Below are positions 7,225-15,162 of a stretch of 43,868 bases of DNA, one piece after another (within the stretch, counting starts at the first letter, position 1; each line of letters begins with the position of its first letter). Both the position numbers and the translations under genes were made by a program. The notes beneath the pieces are model-generated. The model was not told the origin of the DNA. It worked only from the letters and a program-made list of their open reading frames with translations, and searched no databases. Origin of the DNA: a virus (lineage: Duplodnaviria > Caudoviricetes). Location: positions 1-43,868 of IMG/VR virus record IMGVR_UViG_3300046061_000025, one strand, 5' to 3'.

Positions 7225-8946
7225 TCAAGCATCGAGTTCGGCGACCTCGATTCGACGCTCCAAAAACTCCCGATCAAGCGCAAACTGGGTCTGCCGACCG
7301 TCCTTCTCACGACGCACTACCCCGCTTCGGTGGAGTTCCTTCAAGACCTCCCGGACCGTCGTCTCTGAAACATCCATCAACGGCTCAATCTCGTCAATAC
7401 CCAACGGCCCACCGCCAGCGCTCGCGAGCACCTGCAGAACTGAGGGGAAGTGCTCGCCGGCGCGGTCAGAATTCTCCGCCGCGGTTTCGACGGCTGCCTG
7501 GACGGCATTATGGGCGATCAGGGCGGCGAACCCATCGCCGTCGGCGCTCCGGTCGCCGGCGGACCCCTTGCGGAGTCGTTCGTTCTCAGCCTCAAGTTCT
7601 TCGATCCGCTCGCGAGCCGCCGCCAGTTCGGCCTGCGAAGCGGTGTCGGGGTCGGCCGCCTCGACATCGACGCCGAGCACGTCGCGCGCTCGCTCCAATT
7701 GCGCTTCGATCGCCTCGGCCTGTTCAACCCGCTCCTCATACGACCTGAGTCGCTTGACCTCCTCCTCGAGGCTGGCAACGTTTTCTTCGGCCGCGTCGCG
7801 ATCGCCGCGCACTTCCTCGAGGTCGGACTCAAGGGTGTGGATGCGGTCGTTCTTCTCCGCGAGGAGTTCACGGTCGACGTCGCTCCCTGAGGGGCCGCGG
7901 TCCTCGGCGGCATCGATGAACGCTTCGCCGAGCCGCTGGAGGTCGCGGGCATCGTCCAGTTCCTCTTCAAGCTCGTCAATGCGCGCCTCGCGCGCCTCGA
8001 GTTCGGCCTCCAGTTCAGTGATGCGGTCCTGCCGGCGGTCGTGCTCGTCACTGATTGCTTCGAGTTCCTCAACGAGGTCCGCGTCGATGCTCTCCAACTC
8101 CGGGCGGTCGACATCGTCGAGCCCCGGCGTCGCGCCGGCGTCGAACGTGCGCTTTCGCCGGAACTGCACGCGCTCGACGTCGGCGTCATGCCAGTCGGCT
8201 TGGACGAGCGCTTCACCGTCAGCCAAGTCGGAGACGGCATCGGCATACTCGCTGCCGACGACGCGTTTGACGACGTCGGTGTCGTTCTCCCAGGTGAGGC
8301 GGTGCCAGACGACGAGGTCGGCCTGGGTGATGAACGATTTGTCAACGTCGGCCGGGCGTTGCGAGAGCCCGCCGATGCCGAGGCCTCGCTTCCGCCCCCG
8401 CTTGGCGATGCGCCGGAGAACTTCGCCAGTCTCGCCGAGACTGCCCTGCTGGGGGAGGTACTCGTGGATTTCCTCAACGAGGAGGAGGAACGGTTGGAGG
8501 GCGTCTTGCTCGCGGGCGAAGAGTTCGTGGGCGGTGTCGCGGACGAGCGCGTCGGCCTCGTCGGGATCGACGTAGCCGGAGACGTCGAGGATGATGGGGA
8601 CGCGCTGCTCGAGGGCGATTTCAGCGAGCTTCCCGGCGTGCTCGGCGCCGACCTGGAGATCGCACTCGTCGGTCGCGCCGACGTGCAACAGCTCATACTC
8701 CTCTTTCAGACCCCAGTATTCGCCGTCGACATCGACGACGAGCACCGGGTGGCCGCGCTCGAGAAGTTCTTCGGCGATGACGCTGCCGGTGTTGCTCTTC
8801 CCTGCGCCCGACTTCCCGGTCGCGAACAGCCGCCCGGTAAGTAGCTCCTCAATAGGGAGCGTGTACGGATCACCGTCAGCGGTTTCGCCGACCGTGATTG
8901 CTTGGTCGTCGTTGCCGACGTTGTCGCTTTCAGCTGTCGTGCTCAT
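7225..8946 (-). CDS. HerA/FtsK-superfamily (DUF87-like) ATPase with coiled coil and C-terminal wHTH
   Basis: Walker A GKSGAGKS, VVDVDGEY, Walker B LLVEE, GRKRG, SQRP; acidic heptad region; terminal HTH-wing DVSETTVREVLKELHRSGVVRREKDGR. Confidence 0.85.
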   Translation of the reverse strand: MSTTAESDNVGNDDQAITVGETADGDPYTLPIEELLTGRLFATGKSGAGKSNTGSVIAEELLERGHPVLVVDVDGEYWGLKEEYELLHVGATDECDLQVGAEHAGKLAEIALEQRVPIILDVSGYVDPDEADALVRDTAHELFAREQDALQPFLLLVEEIHEYLPQQGSLGETGEVLRRIAKRGRKRGLGIGGLSQRPADVDKSFITQADLVVWHRLTWENDTDVVKRVVGSEYADAVSDLADGEALVQADWHDADVERVQFRRKRTFDAGATPGLDDVDRPELESIDADLVEELEAISDEHDRRQDRITELEAELEAREARIDELEEELDDARDLQRLGEAFIDAAEDRGPSGSDVDRELLAEKNDRIHTLESDLEEVRGDRDAAEENVASLEEEVKRLRSYEERVEQAEAIEAQLERARDVLGVDVEAADPDTASQAELAAARERIEELEAENERLRKGSAGDRSADGDGFAALIAHNAVQAAVETAAENSDRAGEHFPSVLQVLASAGGGPLGIDEIEPLMDVSETTVREVLKELHRSGVVRREKDGRQTQFALDREFLERRIEVAELDA

Positions 8947-9236
8947 CGTTCCCTCCGTGGGTCATCGTCCTTGCAGTGGACCGATTGCTCGACGTAGCAT
9001 TCACCGTCGTACACGAGTCTGTAGAGTCCGCGCGCTCGCTTTTCGATCCAGCCTGCGTTCATCAGCGCGTCCAGTTCATCGTTAACGCGCTGTTTTTTGA
9101 TTCCAGTCACCTCGCGGATACGTCGAGGGTTGACCTGGTACTCCTGTTTGAAGACGTCGAGAACGCGCCGCTGGCGCTTCGTCGGGTCGAAGTCTTGGTT
9201 CGCCACGTTTGGTCGGTCGTATGGTCGGGAGGCCAT
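8943..9236 (-). CDS. Winged-helix transcriptional regulator
   Basis: TKRQRRVLDVF...NPRRIREVTGIKKQRVNDELDALMNAGWIEKRARGLY. Confidence 0.8.
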   Translation of the reverse strand: MASRPYDRPNVANQDFDPTKRQRRVLDVFKQEYQVNPRRIREVTGIKKQRVNDELDALMNAGWIEKRARGLYRLVYDGECYVEQSVHCKDDDPRRER

Positions 9237-9345
9237 GCCTTCAAAGTCCCTTTCAGTAGGCGTGCCAAAGTAACTTTCGGCGTCCTATACTCTAACATGG
9301 ACAAAGTAACAAGACTTAACACGGTGTAACCACAAGGGTGTATAC
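9237..9345. promoter_or_regulatory. Second divergent promoter region with repeated CAAAGT(AAC) boxes
   Basis: CAAAGT at 9242, CAAAGTAAC at 9266 and 9302; ACTTAAC TATA-like element ~30 nt before the ATG at 9346. Confidence 0.6.
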
Positions 9346-9618
9346 ATGAGCACGGGACGCCGGTCAGAATCGATCTGGCCGAACGGTGCAGTAACACCGT
9401 CCGACCGTGCTCGGAACCAACCGAGCATGACCAAATCGACACCGCCGGCACAAAACGGTGCCGACACGACCCCGACCATGACCGTCGACGACGACAGCTG
9501 TGGCTGCTCGCCCGAACTCGCGTGCTTTCAGCACTACCTGGAGGGCGCCCGCGGCCTCCCGGCAGTCGTCCCCGTCTCACATACGGCCAGCGATGTCGAC
9601 TGGGAGGCCCACGGATGA
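9346..9618 (+). CDS. Hypothetical protein, first gene of the rightward cluster
   Basis: ATG after a TATA-like element; ATGA overlap with the next gene. Confidence 0.65.
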   Translation: MSTGRRSESIWPNGAVTPSDRARNQPSMTKSTPPAQNGADTTPTMTVDDDSCGCSPELACFQHYLEGARGLPAVVPVSHTASDVDWEAHG

Positions 9619-9893
9619 GCGAGGTTCACCGCGACGGCGACACATCGCTACACGTCCACGATGACGGCATCGTCGAGCTGCGGAAGCCGATTCCCCACGA
9701 CGGCGTCCTGCGGTACACGACGGACGATGACCCGACGCTGACGTCATCGCGCAAGCGAAGCGAGGGCGGGCTGTCAATCAACGAGGTATGCCGCCGATAC
9801 GCCGAGCGGTCGGGCACCGACTTCCAGGTCGCCGCAGCCGCAGTCCTCGACGCCCTCGAGACCAACAACGGCGGCGGCGGAGGCGATCGATGA
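9615..9893 (+). CDS. Hypothetical protein
   Basis: GGAGG RBS and ATGA start (MSEVHRDGD). Confidence 0.7.
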   Translation: MSEVHRDGDTSLHVHDDGIVELRKPIPHDGVLRYTTDDDPTLTSSRKRSEGGLSINEVCRRYAERSGTDFQVAAAAVLDALETNNGGGGGDR

Positions 9894-10117
9894 CCCGGCG
9901 ACCCATGCGGAACCCCCGCGACCGTCGAACCCGCGGCCGACCGATCCGCCGAACGGGCCCGCCCCGCTGGTATGAACGACACAGCGACACCGCCGCCTGC
10001 GACTGCACGGGCGAGGCTGAAACCGTCCGATCGACGACGGGCTACTCGGACGTATTCTACCTCCTGTTCAGGTGTCCGGAGTGTGGGGCTCGGTGGACGG
10101 GAGGGCTCGAAGGATGA
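9890..10117 (+). CDS. Small Zn-finger protein (CDC...CPECG)
   Basis: GGAGG RBS and ATGA start. Confidence 0.65.
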   Translation: MTRRPMRNPRDRRTRGRPIRRTGPPRWYERHSDTAACDCTGEAETVRSTTGYSDVFYLLFRCPECGARWTGGLEG

Positions 10118-10362
10118 AGTGTGATAGGTGCGAACGCCGTGATTCCGACGTATCGGACCCGTATCTATGCCGGTCATGCGTCAGGGAGATACAACGGGAG
10201 TCAGCGAAGGCGAGATACGAGATTAACTGTAGAGAGTGCGAGTGGTCCCGCCAAACCAGGCAACGGTATCCAACCCCCGGGTCATGTATGGAGTGCGGGT
10301 CGCTGAGAACATACCTGGAGGACCCAGCCGAGGGAGGCGCCATTGATGGTGGCGACCGATGA
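10114..10362 (+). CDS. Double Zn-ribbon microprotein
   Basis: CDRC, CRSC, CREC, CMECG; ATGA overlaps. Confidence 0.7.
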   Translation: MKCDRCERRDSDVSDPYLCRSCVREIQRESAKARYEINCRECEWSRQTRQRYPTPGSCMECGSLRTYLEDPAEGGAIDGGDR

Positions 10363-10514
10363 CTGGCACGTCATCAGTGCTTCGCTGCCCTTGTTGCCAG
10401 ACGACCGATATCAGGCTCGTCGACGACAACGACGCCGACTACCCCGAGACCCGCGTCGAATGGTACCGATGCCAGCAGTGCAGCAACGAGTTCACGAAGG
10501 TGTTGATAGCGTGA
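10359..10514 (+). CDS. Small Zn-ribbon protein (not in ORF track)
   Basis: MTGTSSVLRCPCCQTTDIRLVDDNDADYPETRVEWYRCQQCSNEFTKVLIA; ATGA/GTGA overlaps. Confidence 0.7.
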   Translation: MTGTSSVLRCPCCQTTDIRLVDDNDADYPETRVEWYRCQQCSNEFTKVLIA

Positions 10515-10684
10515 CGGCGCGCGACGTCGGATTCCCCCGGCGCGGCGCCGGTGGCGAGCCTGCGGCGCGGGTGCTCGCCGGCCACACCCGAAGCCAGATC
10601 ACCCGCGCAACCACCGCCCTGTTCGACATCCGGCAAACCCACCTCACCGACTATGACACTCAGCCACGATACCGACACCGATAG
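10511..10684 (+). CDS. Small hypothetical protein
   Basis: GTGA overlap start; 57 aa. Confidence 0.45.
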   Translation: MTARDVGFPRRGAGGEPAARVLAGHTRSQITRATTALFDIRQTHLTDYDTQPRYRHR

Positions 10685-11117
10685 CGAGAGCGAGCACAGT
10701 ATGGAGCAACCATTTCGCGTTGGCGACCCCGTCGTCGATCTCGCCCAAGGCCGCCCCATGCTCTGCCTCGAGGCCCCCACAATGACCGAGAATTACGCGA
10801 ATGCGAAGCTCGACACCACGCCGTCGATGCCCGTCGTCCGCTGCGTCTACCTCTCTGATATCCGTTCGGATCCCTCGAAAGACTATACGTTCCCCGCGAG
10901 CCGCGTGGCGCTGATCGACGCCCACCACGCTGACGACGGCCGCCGCATCCACGAGCGTGTCCAGCTCCAGGTGCTCGAAGAGTTGTTCGATGCTGCCTAC
11001 CGATCCGGGAGGGATCGGACGCTGAGCGTTCTTGAGGGACTCGCAGAGGATGCCGTCGGAAAGGACGTGACGAGCGAGGCGCGGGAGCTTGCGAGTGTCG
11101 ACTACATGATCGATTGA
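10653..11117 (+). CDS. Hypothetical protein (SH3-like 'FRVGDPVVD' start)
   Basis: Acidic ORF, converges on the tail module. Confidence 0.7.
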   Translation: MTLSHDTDTDSESEHSMEQPFRVGDPVVDLAQGRPMLCLEAPTMTENYANAKLDTTPSMPVVRCVYLSDIRSDPSKDYTFPASRVALIDAHHADDGRRIHERVQLQVLEELFDAAYRSGRDRTLSVLEGLAEDAVGKDVTSEARELASVDYMID

Positions 11118-11127
11118 GAATAACGTA

Positions 11128-12858
11128 TCAGATCACTTTTACATCCGTATACGTGTTCCCATCCTCCCCCTCCACCGTCCACCGACCCCCATCCTCCCGA
11201 GACACCAGCGTCCCCACGATCGGGAACGCACCCACCGACGCAGCACCATCCCCCTGCGCGTCCCCCGTGACACTCGTCGCATACTGGGCCACGTTATCCG
11301 AAATGTCGTTCCTGATCATCGACGACCCCGCCGCGATCTGATCCGCCAGGTTCGGCTTCGACGACCCGAAATCAATCTTCGTCGTCGCAGACTCCGGCGT
11401 CACCCGCGTCTCCACCTTCTCCACAATATACGTGTTATCACCCACCTTCTGCGGAATCCCCCGACTCGGATAAAACACCTCGGCCCGATCCCCAGGCACA
11501 GCGGGGTGCAACCCGGATGTCGGCGCCTGCCCCGTCACCGGCGTCCGATAGAACTCCCGAAGCGCCTTCTTCCCGATCTCGATCGCCTGGAACACCGACG
11601 TGATCTGGCGTGACGCCAACGTTTCAGCCCTGATGTTGATCTCGTCGATATCGTTCTGCCCACCGCCCGGCGAACTGGCATACGTCTCACCACCAGTCGG
11701 ATAGTCCCCATTGTCAAACGGGTTATCCAGCGACGACTGGAAATCCCCGTTATACGCCCAGGCCCAGACGTTCACCCCGCTCGCCCCCGACACCTTGATG
11801 AAATTCCGCACGCCATCCAGATCCCTCGACGCGACGGGCTTCAACACGTTATCACCTTCACGGAACACGTACGTCGACGGCGTCCGGTCGCGCTCGGGCT
11901 GGACGATCAGCTCGTCGTTCGAATCATCGACGTAGAACTCCCAGTCCCGGGCGTCATCCAGCCCGCTGATATACTGCACGATCCGACTGATCGCAGACCG
12001 GACCGACGTCAGCGAATCCAACCGAAACCGCCAATCCGTCTTCACGTAATTAAACACGTTCGCATCCAGCGACACCAGCGAATCCGAGCCACTCTGAAAC
12101 GCCGGAATATCCGTCGACACCGAATCCACACCAGCCCACCGCGCGTTCCCGCCGGATAGTGCGAGTTTGAACGAGTCGCTGCCGAACGCCGCCTGAGCGT
12201 CATCCCCAGGCGGCAGATCCACGCTCGCCGTCACCACGTTGCCATCGCTATCATTCCCCACGACATCCATCGTATACGTCGTCTTCGTAGTATTCGTATA
12301 CGAATCCACCCGTAACTCCGCTTCCTTCCCATACCGCGTGGTTTCCCGAGATTCAAACGCCTCGCGAGCCACATCGAACCGGCCACTATACCCGATATCG
12401 ATATCGCCGTAATCCGTCGCGCCGGCGAACGTCCCATACCGGCTCTCCACCCCCGATGGATCGAACCAGATCTCCCGGACGTTCCCCGCCGAGCTGTCGA
12501 GGATCGCGTCGATCACCCTGAACAGGTTCGATTCGCCGATCACGCCGACCGCCGTCGCATCATCCAGCACACCGATCGGCGTGCGTGCATCCACCGTCAC
12601 CACCGGCCGCTCGTCATCATCACTGACGCTGTCGGTATAGCCATCGAACCGCCGCACCGTGTTCCCATCATCCAGCGTGATCGTGATGTCCTGTTGTTCT
12701 TCCAGCGCGTGTGGGCGCTTCGACGTATCCAACTTTACCGTCGCCGAATTCACCCCGGCTTCCTCGATGATCGTGATCTCCGCCACATCAGCAGACACCT
12801 CGCCCTCCGGCTGAATCGTGACCCGCCAATCAATAGCGAACGCCTGGGTATCCGGCAT
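11128..12858 (-). CDS. Minor tail / tail-tip hub-like protein
   Basis: 576 aa at the distal end of the tail operon; hub-like elements FDGYTDSV, WEFYVDD, VRNFIKVSG, PGDRAEV..YIVEKVE. Confidence 0.65.
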   Translation of the reverse strand: MPDTQAFAIDWRVTIQPEGEVSADVAEITIIEEAGVNSATVKLDTSKRPHALEEQQDITITLDDGNTVRRFDGYTDSVSDDDERPVVTVDARTPIGVLDDATAVGVIGESNLFRVIDAILDSSAGNVREIWFDPSGVESRYGTFAGATDYGDIDIGYSGRFDVAREAFESRETTRYGKEAELRVDSYTNTTKTTYTMDVVGNDSDGNVVTASVDLPPGDDAQAAFGSDSFKLALSGGNARWAGVDSVSTDIPAFQSGSDSLVSLDANVFNYVKTDWRFRLDSLTSVRSAISRIVQYISGLDDARDWEFYVDDSNDELIVQPERDRTPSTYVFREGDNVLKPVASRDLDGVRNFIKVSGASGVNVWAWAYNGDFQSSLDNPFDNGDYPTGGETYASSPGGGQNDIDEINIRAETLASRQITSVFQAIEIGKKALREFYRTPVTGQAPTSGLHPAVPGDRAEVFYPSRGIPQKVGDNTYIVEKVETRVTPESATTKIDFGSSKPNLADQIAAGSSMIRNDISDNVAQYATSVTGDAQGDGAASVGAFPIVGTLVSREDGGRWTVEGEDGNTYTDVKVI

Positions 12859-12882
12859 AAATGATCTAGCGAGCCAAAGGGC

Positions 12883-13701
12883 TTACATCGAGAGCGTCCA
12901 CGTCACTTTCAGCTCCTGACTACTGGTTTTATCGATCGTGGGCGACACCACCGTCCGGTTCAACATCGTATCCTCCGACGTCCCGGACGCGGTCGCCGTA
13001 CTCGGCATGCCGAACAGGCCCGCTTCAGCGATCGAGACGTTCGCCTCCCCCGTGCCGAACAGCCACGTACCGGTCACCTCCACCGCCGACACATCATGCG
13101 TATACTCCCCACCGTTCGTGCCTACATCCAGCGCAACTCGTTCGGATTCCGAGCCGAGGCTGCTATCGGACGCCGACACGCTCGTGTCATCCGTCCCAAC
13201 AGCCAGCCACCGGAACGGATGCTGCACGTACGTCACGTCCACACTGACGTTATCCGTCCCGGACGACGGAGCCGAACTGAAGTAGACGGTGCCGTTCCAG
13301 TAATCCACCGCGTACTCCGTCGCCGATTCCGACTGGCTGTTCCCGTCCACCGTCACGTTCGACACGTCCTCCACCGGGAAATACGGGTACGGGAGTTGAA
13401 ACTCCGTCTGTGACCCATCGCCGCTAAACGACTCGGTGGTTGGGCCACGCGGGCGGCCGGCGAGCCACCGGAGGATCTCGTTCTCACCGTCATCCACCAC
13501 CGTGTTCACCACGCGTCGCGTCTCGGTCTCGCCGGTGTCCGCGTCGACGAGTTCGAACGTGAACCGGCCCGTCGCGTCTACGTCGTCCCGAAACCGGCCA
13601 CCCGCCACGTCATTGACGCGTCTCGTGGCCTGTTGCAGGATGTTCATGGCGTCGGCCAGCTCAATCTCGCGTACATCGGGGTCGTTGGTGTCGGTCATCA
13701 C
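12883..13701 (-). CDS. Minor tail / baseplate-associated protein
   Basis: NTVVDDG, LAVGTDDTSVSASDSSLGSE and IAEAGLF elements; position in the tail module. Confidence 0.6.
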   Translation of the reverse strand: MMTDTNDPDVREIELADAMNILQQATRRVNDVAGGRFRDDVDATGRFTFELVDADTGETETRRVVNTVVDDGENEILRWLAGRPRGPTTESFSGDGSQTEFQLPYPYFPVEDVSNVTVDGNSQSESATEYAVDYWNGTVYFSSAPSSGTDNVSVDVTYVQHPFRWLAVGTDDTSVSASDSSLGSESERVALDVGTNGGEYTHDVSAVEVTGTWLFGTGEANVSIAEAGLFGMPSTATASGTSEDTMLNRTVVSPTIDKTSSQELKVTWTLSM

Positions 13702-13705
13702 TAAT

Positions 13706-14446
13706 TTACCTGCCGTATGCCTCCCAGTCGAAATCGGCCGTCGAGCCGCTCGCGCCGGCCGCCGACACCGTCGCCTCGATCGTGAATCCCGTCGTCGAGA
13801 TCGACGAGGGATCCACGCGAATATACCCGAATTCCGCCCCGGTGTCGGAGACGGCGTTCAAGTCGGCGGTCGCCTGATCCACCGCGTTCCGGTAGCCATG
13901 GGTGAACGTGACCGTGACGGTTTTGACGCCGGTCGAATCGACGGCTATCGTCCCAGACGTCCCGTGCTTCCGCCCGGTGATGGCCTGATCTGGTTGGTCG
14001 TCGCGGTACGGCACGTATGCCCGGAAATCCGTGGTGCCGGTCACGCCGCTCGTGTCCGTCGTGGCTTCCCAGAGCTTCATCACGTACTGTCCCGTGGGCG
14101 TGGAGCCGTCGCTGGTATACGTCACCTCGGCATTGTTCGTCGCCGCATCACGCACCACCAGATAGATCTCGTTCGTACTGGATGCATCCAGCGTCAGGGT
14201 GATCGTGGCGTCGTTGTCGACCAGGTGCCCGCCGAGGAACGCTTTCCCCGACCCGGCCGTGTCGATATCGATATCCAGCGAACTACCACTATGGGATTCA
14301 TCGAAGTGCCCCGTATTGAACGGGTCCGCGACGAAATCCCCCATTCGGCCGCCGAGCGACGCGATCACTCGATCCCGTTCAGAATTGATCGCCGATTCCT
14401 CGCCGAACCCCGAGTCAGAACCAGTCGGGTACGCAGTGACCGCCAT
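13706..14446 (-). CDS. Tail fibre-like virion protein
   Basis: Thr/Ser/Asp-rich and beta-strand-rich; C-terminal VTFTHGY...TTGFTI..FDWEAYG; start chosen 27 nt below a late-promoter motif. Confidence 0.6.
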   Translation of the reverse strand: MAVTAYPTGSDSGFGEESAINSERDRVIASLGGRMGDFVADPFNTGHFDESHSGSSLDIDIDTAGSGKAFLGGHLVDNDATITLTLDASSTNEIYLVVRDAATNNAEVTYTSDGSTPTGQYVMKLWEATTDTSGVTGTTDFRAYVPYRDDQPDQAITGRKHGTSGTIAVDSTGVKTVTVTFTHGYRNAVDQATADLNAVSDTGAEFGYIRVDPSSISTTGFTIEATVSAAGASGSTADFDWEAYGR

Positions 14447-14472
14447 TACCGGCGACCACGCACAACCCAGCA

Positions 14473-14496
14473 TTAAACCAGTATGACGCTGGATTC
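14473..14496 (-). promoter_or_regulatory. Late promoter motif copy 1
   Basis: CAGCGTCA-N6-TTTAA, 27 nt to ATG 14446. Confidence 0.75.
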
Positions 14497-14505
14497 ACGG
14501 AGCCT

Positions 14506-15159
14506 CTACGCGTGGGCCAGATCGTCCTTCAATAGCACGACTGTCGCCCCTGGCGCGATCAGCTCCCCACCACCGCCACCCCCGCCGGGATAGCCATCAT
14601 AGTACATCACACAGTCATCGGCCTTGAGATGGATGGCGCTGGCGCCACTATAGGTATCGGATGGATCGTGCTGCACGGTGCCATCGATCAGCAGGGCGAG
14701 ATCGGTCGCCGGGTTTCGTATCTCGATGTCGTAATCCTGGAAGCGGTTGAGGCTGGCCACCGGGGTGGCATTCCCCAGTTCGGTTTCCGAAAAGATGCTG
14801 TCGGGCATATAGATCACCGACAAGGCTTCATCAGCGGTGTTCCCACCGTTCACGAACGCATATCCATACAGGAACCCGCTGTCCGAATAGATATTCACCA
14901 TCGGGGACCGGTTCTCCCCAGCCAGCGACCGGTCGGCATGGTATTCCATCCGCATCTGTATTGTTTCATCGCCGACGGGGTGGCTGACTCTGGTTGCGCC
15001 ACCCGCCACGTCATCGGCCACTTTGAACGATTTCGATCCCTCGATTGGGTCCGATTCAGTCACCACCGGATCGATGGTGCCATCCTGCGCTTCCACGGTC
15101 CATCCCGCGGGTACCGAGCCCGTGGGTTGTTCTTCGAAATCGCTGAAAATATACGTCAT
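14506..15159 (-). CDS. Putative virion lectin-like / adhesin-associated protein
   Basis: Starts FSDFEE..GSVPAGW; beta-rich; poly-Gly linker near the C-terminus; located in the tail module. Confidence 0.5.
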   Translation of the reverse strand: MTYIFSDFEEQPTGSVPAGWTVEAQDGTIDPVVTESDPIEGSKSFKVADDVAGGATRVSHPVGDETIQMRMEYHADRSLAGENRSPMVNIYSDSGFLYGYAFVNGGNTADEALSVIYMPDSIFSETELGNATPVASLNRFQDYDIEIRNPATDLALLIDGTVQHDPSDTYSGASAIHLKADDCVMYYDGYPGGGGGGGELIAPGATVVLLKDDLAHA

Positions 15160-15162
15160 GCC

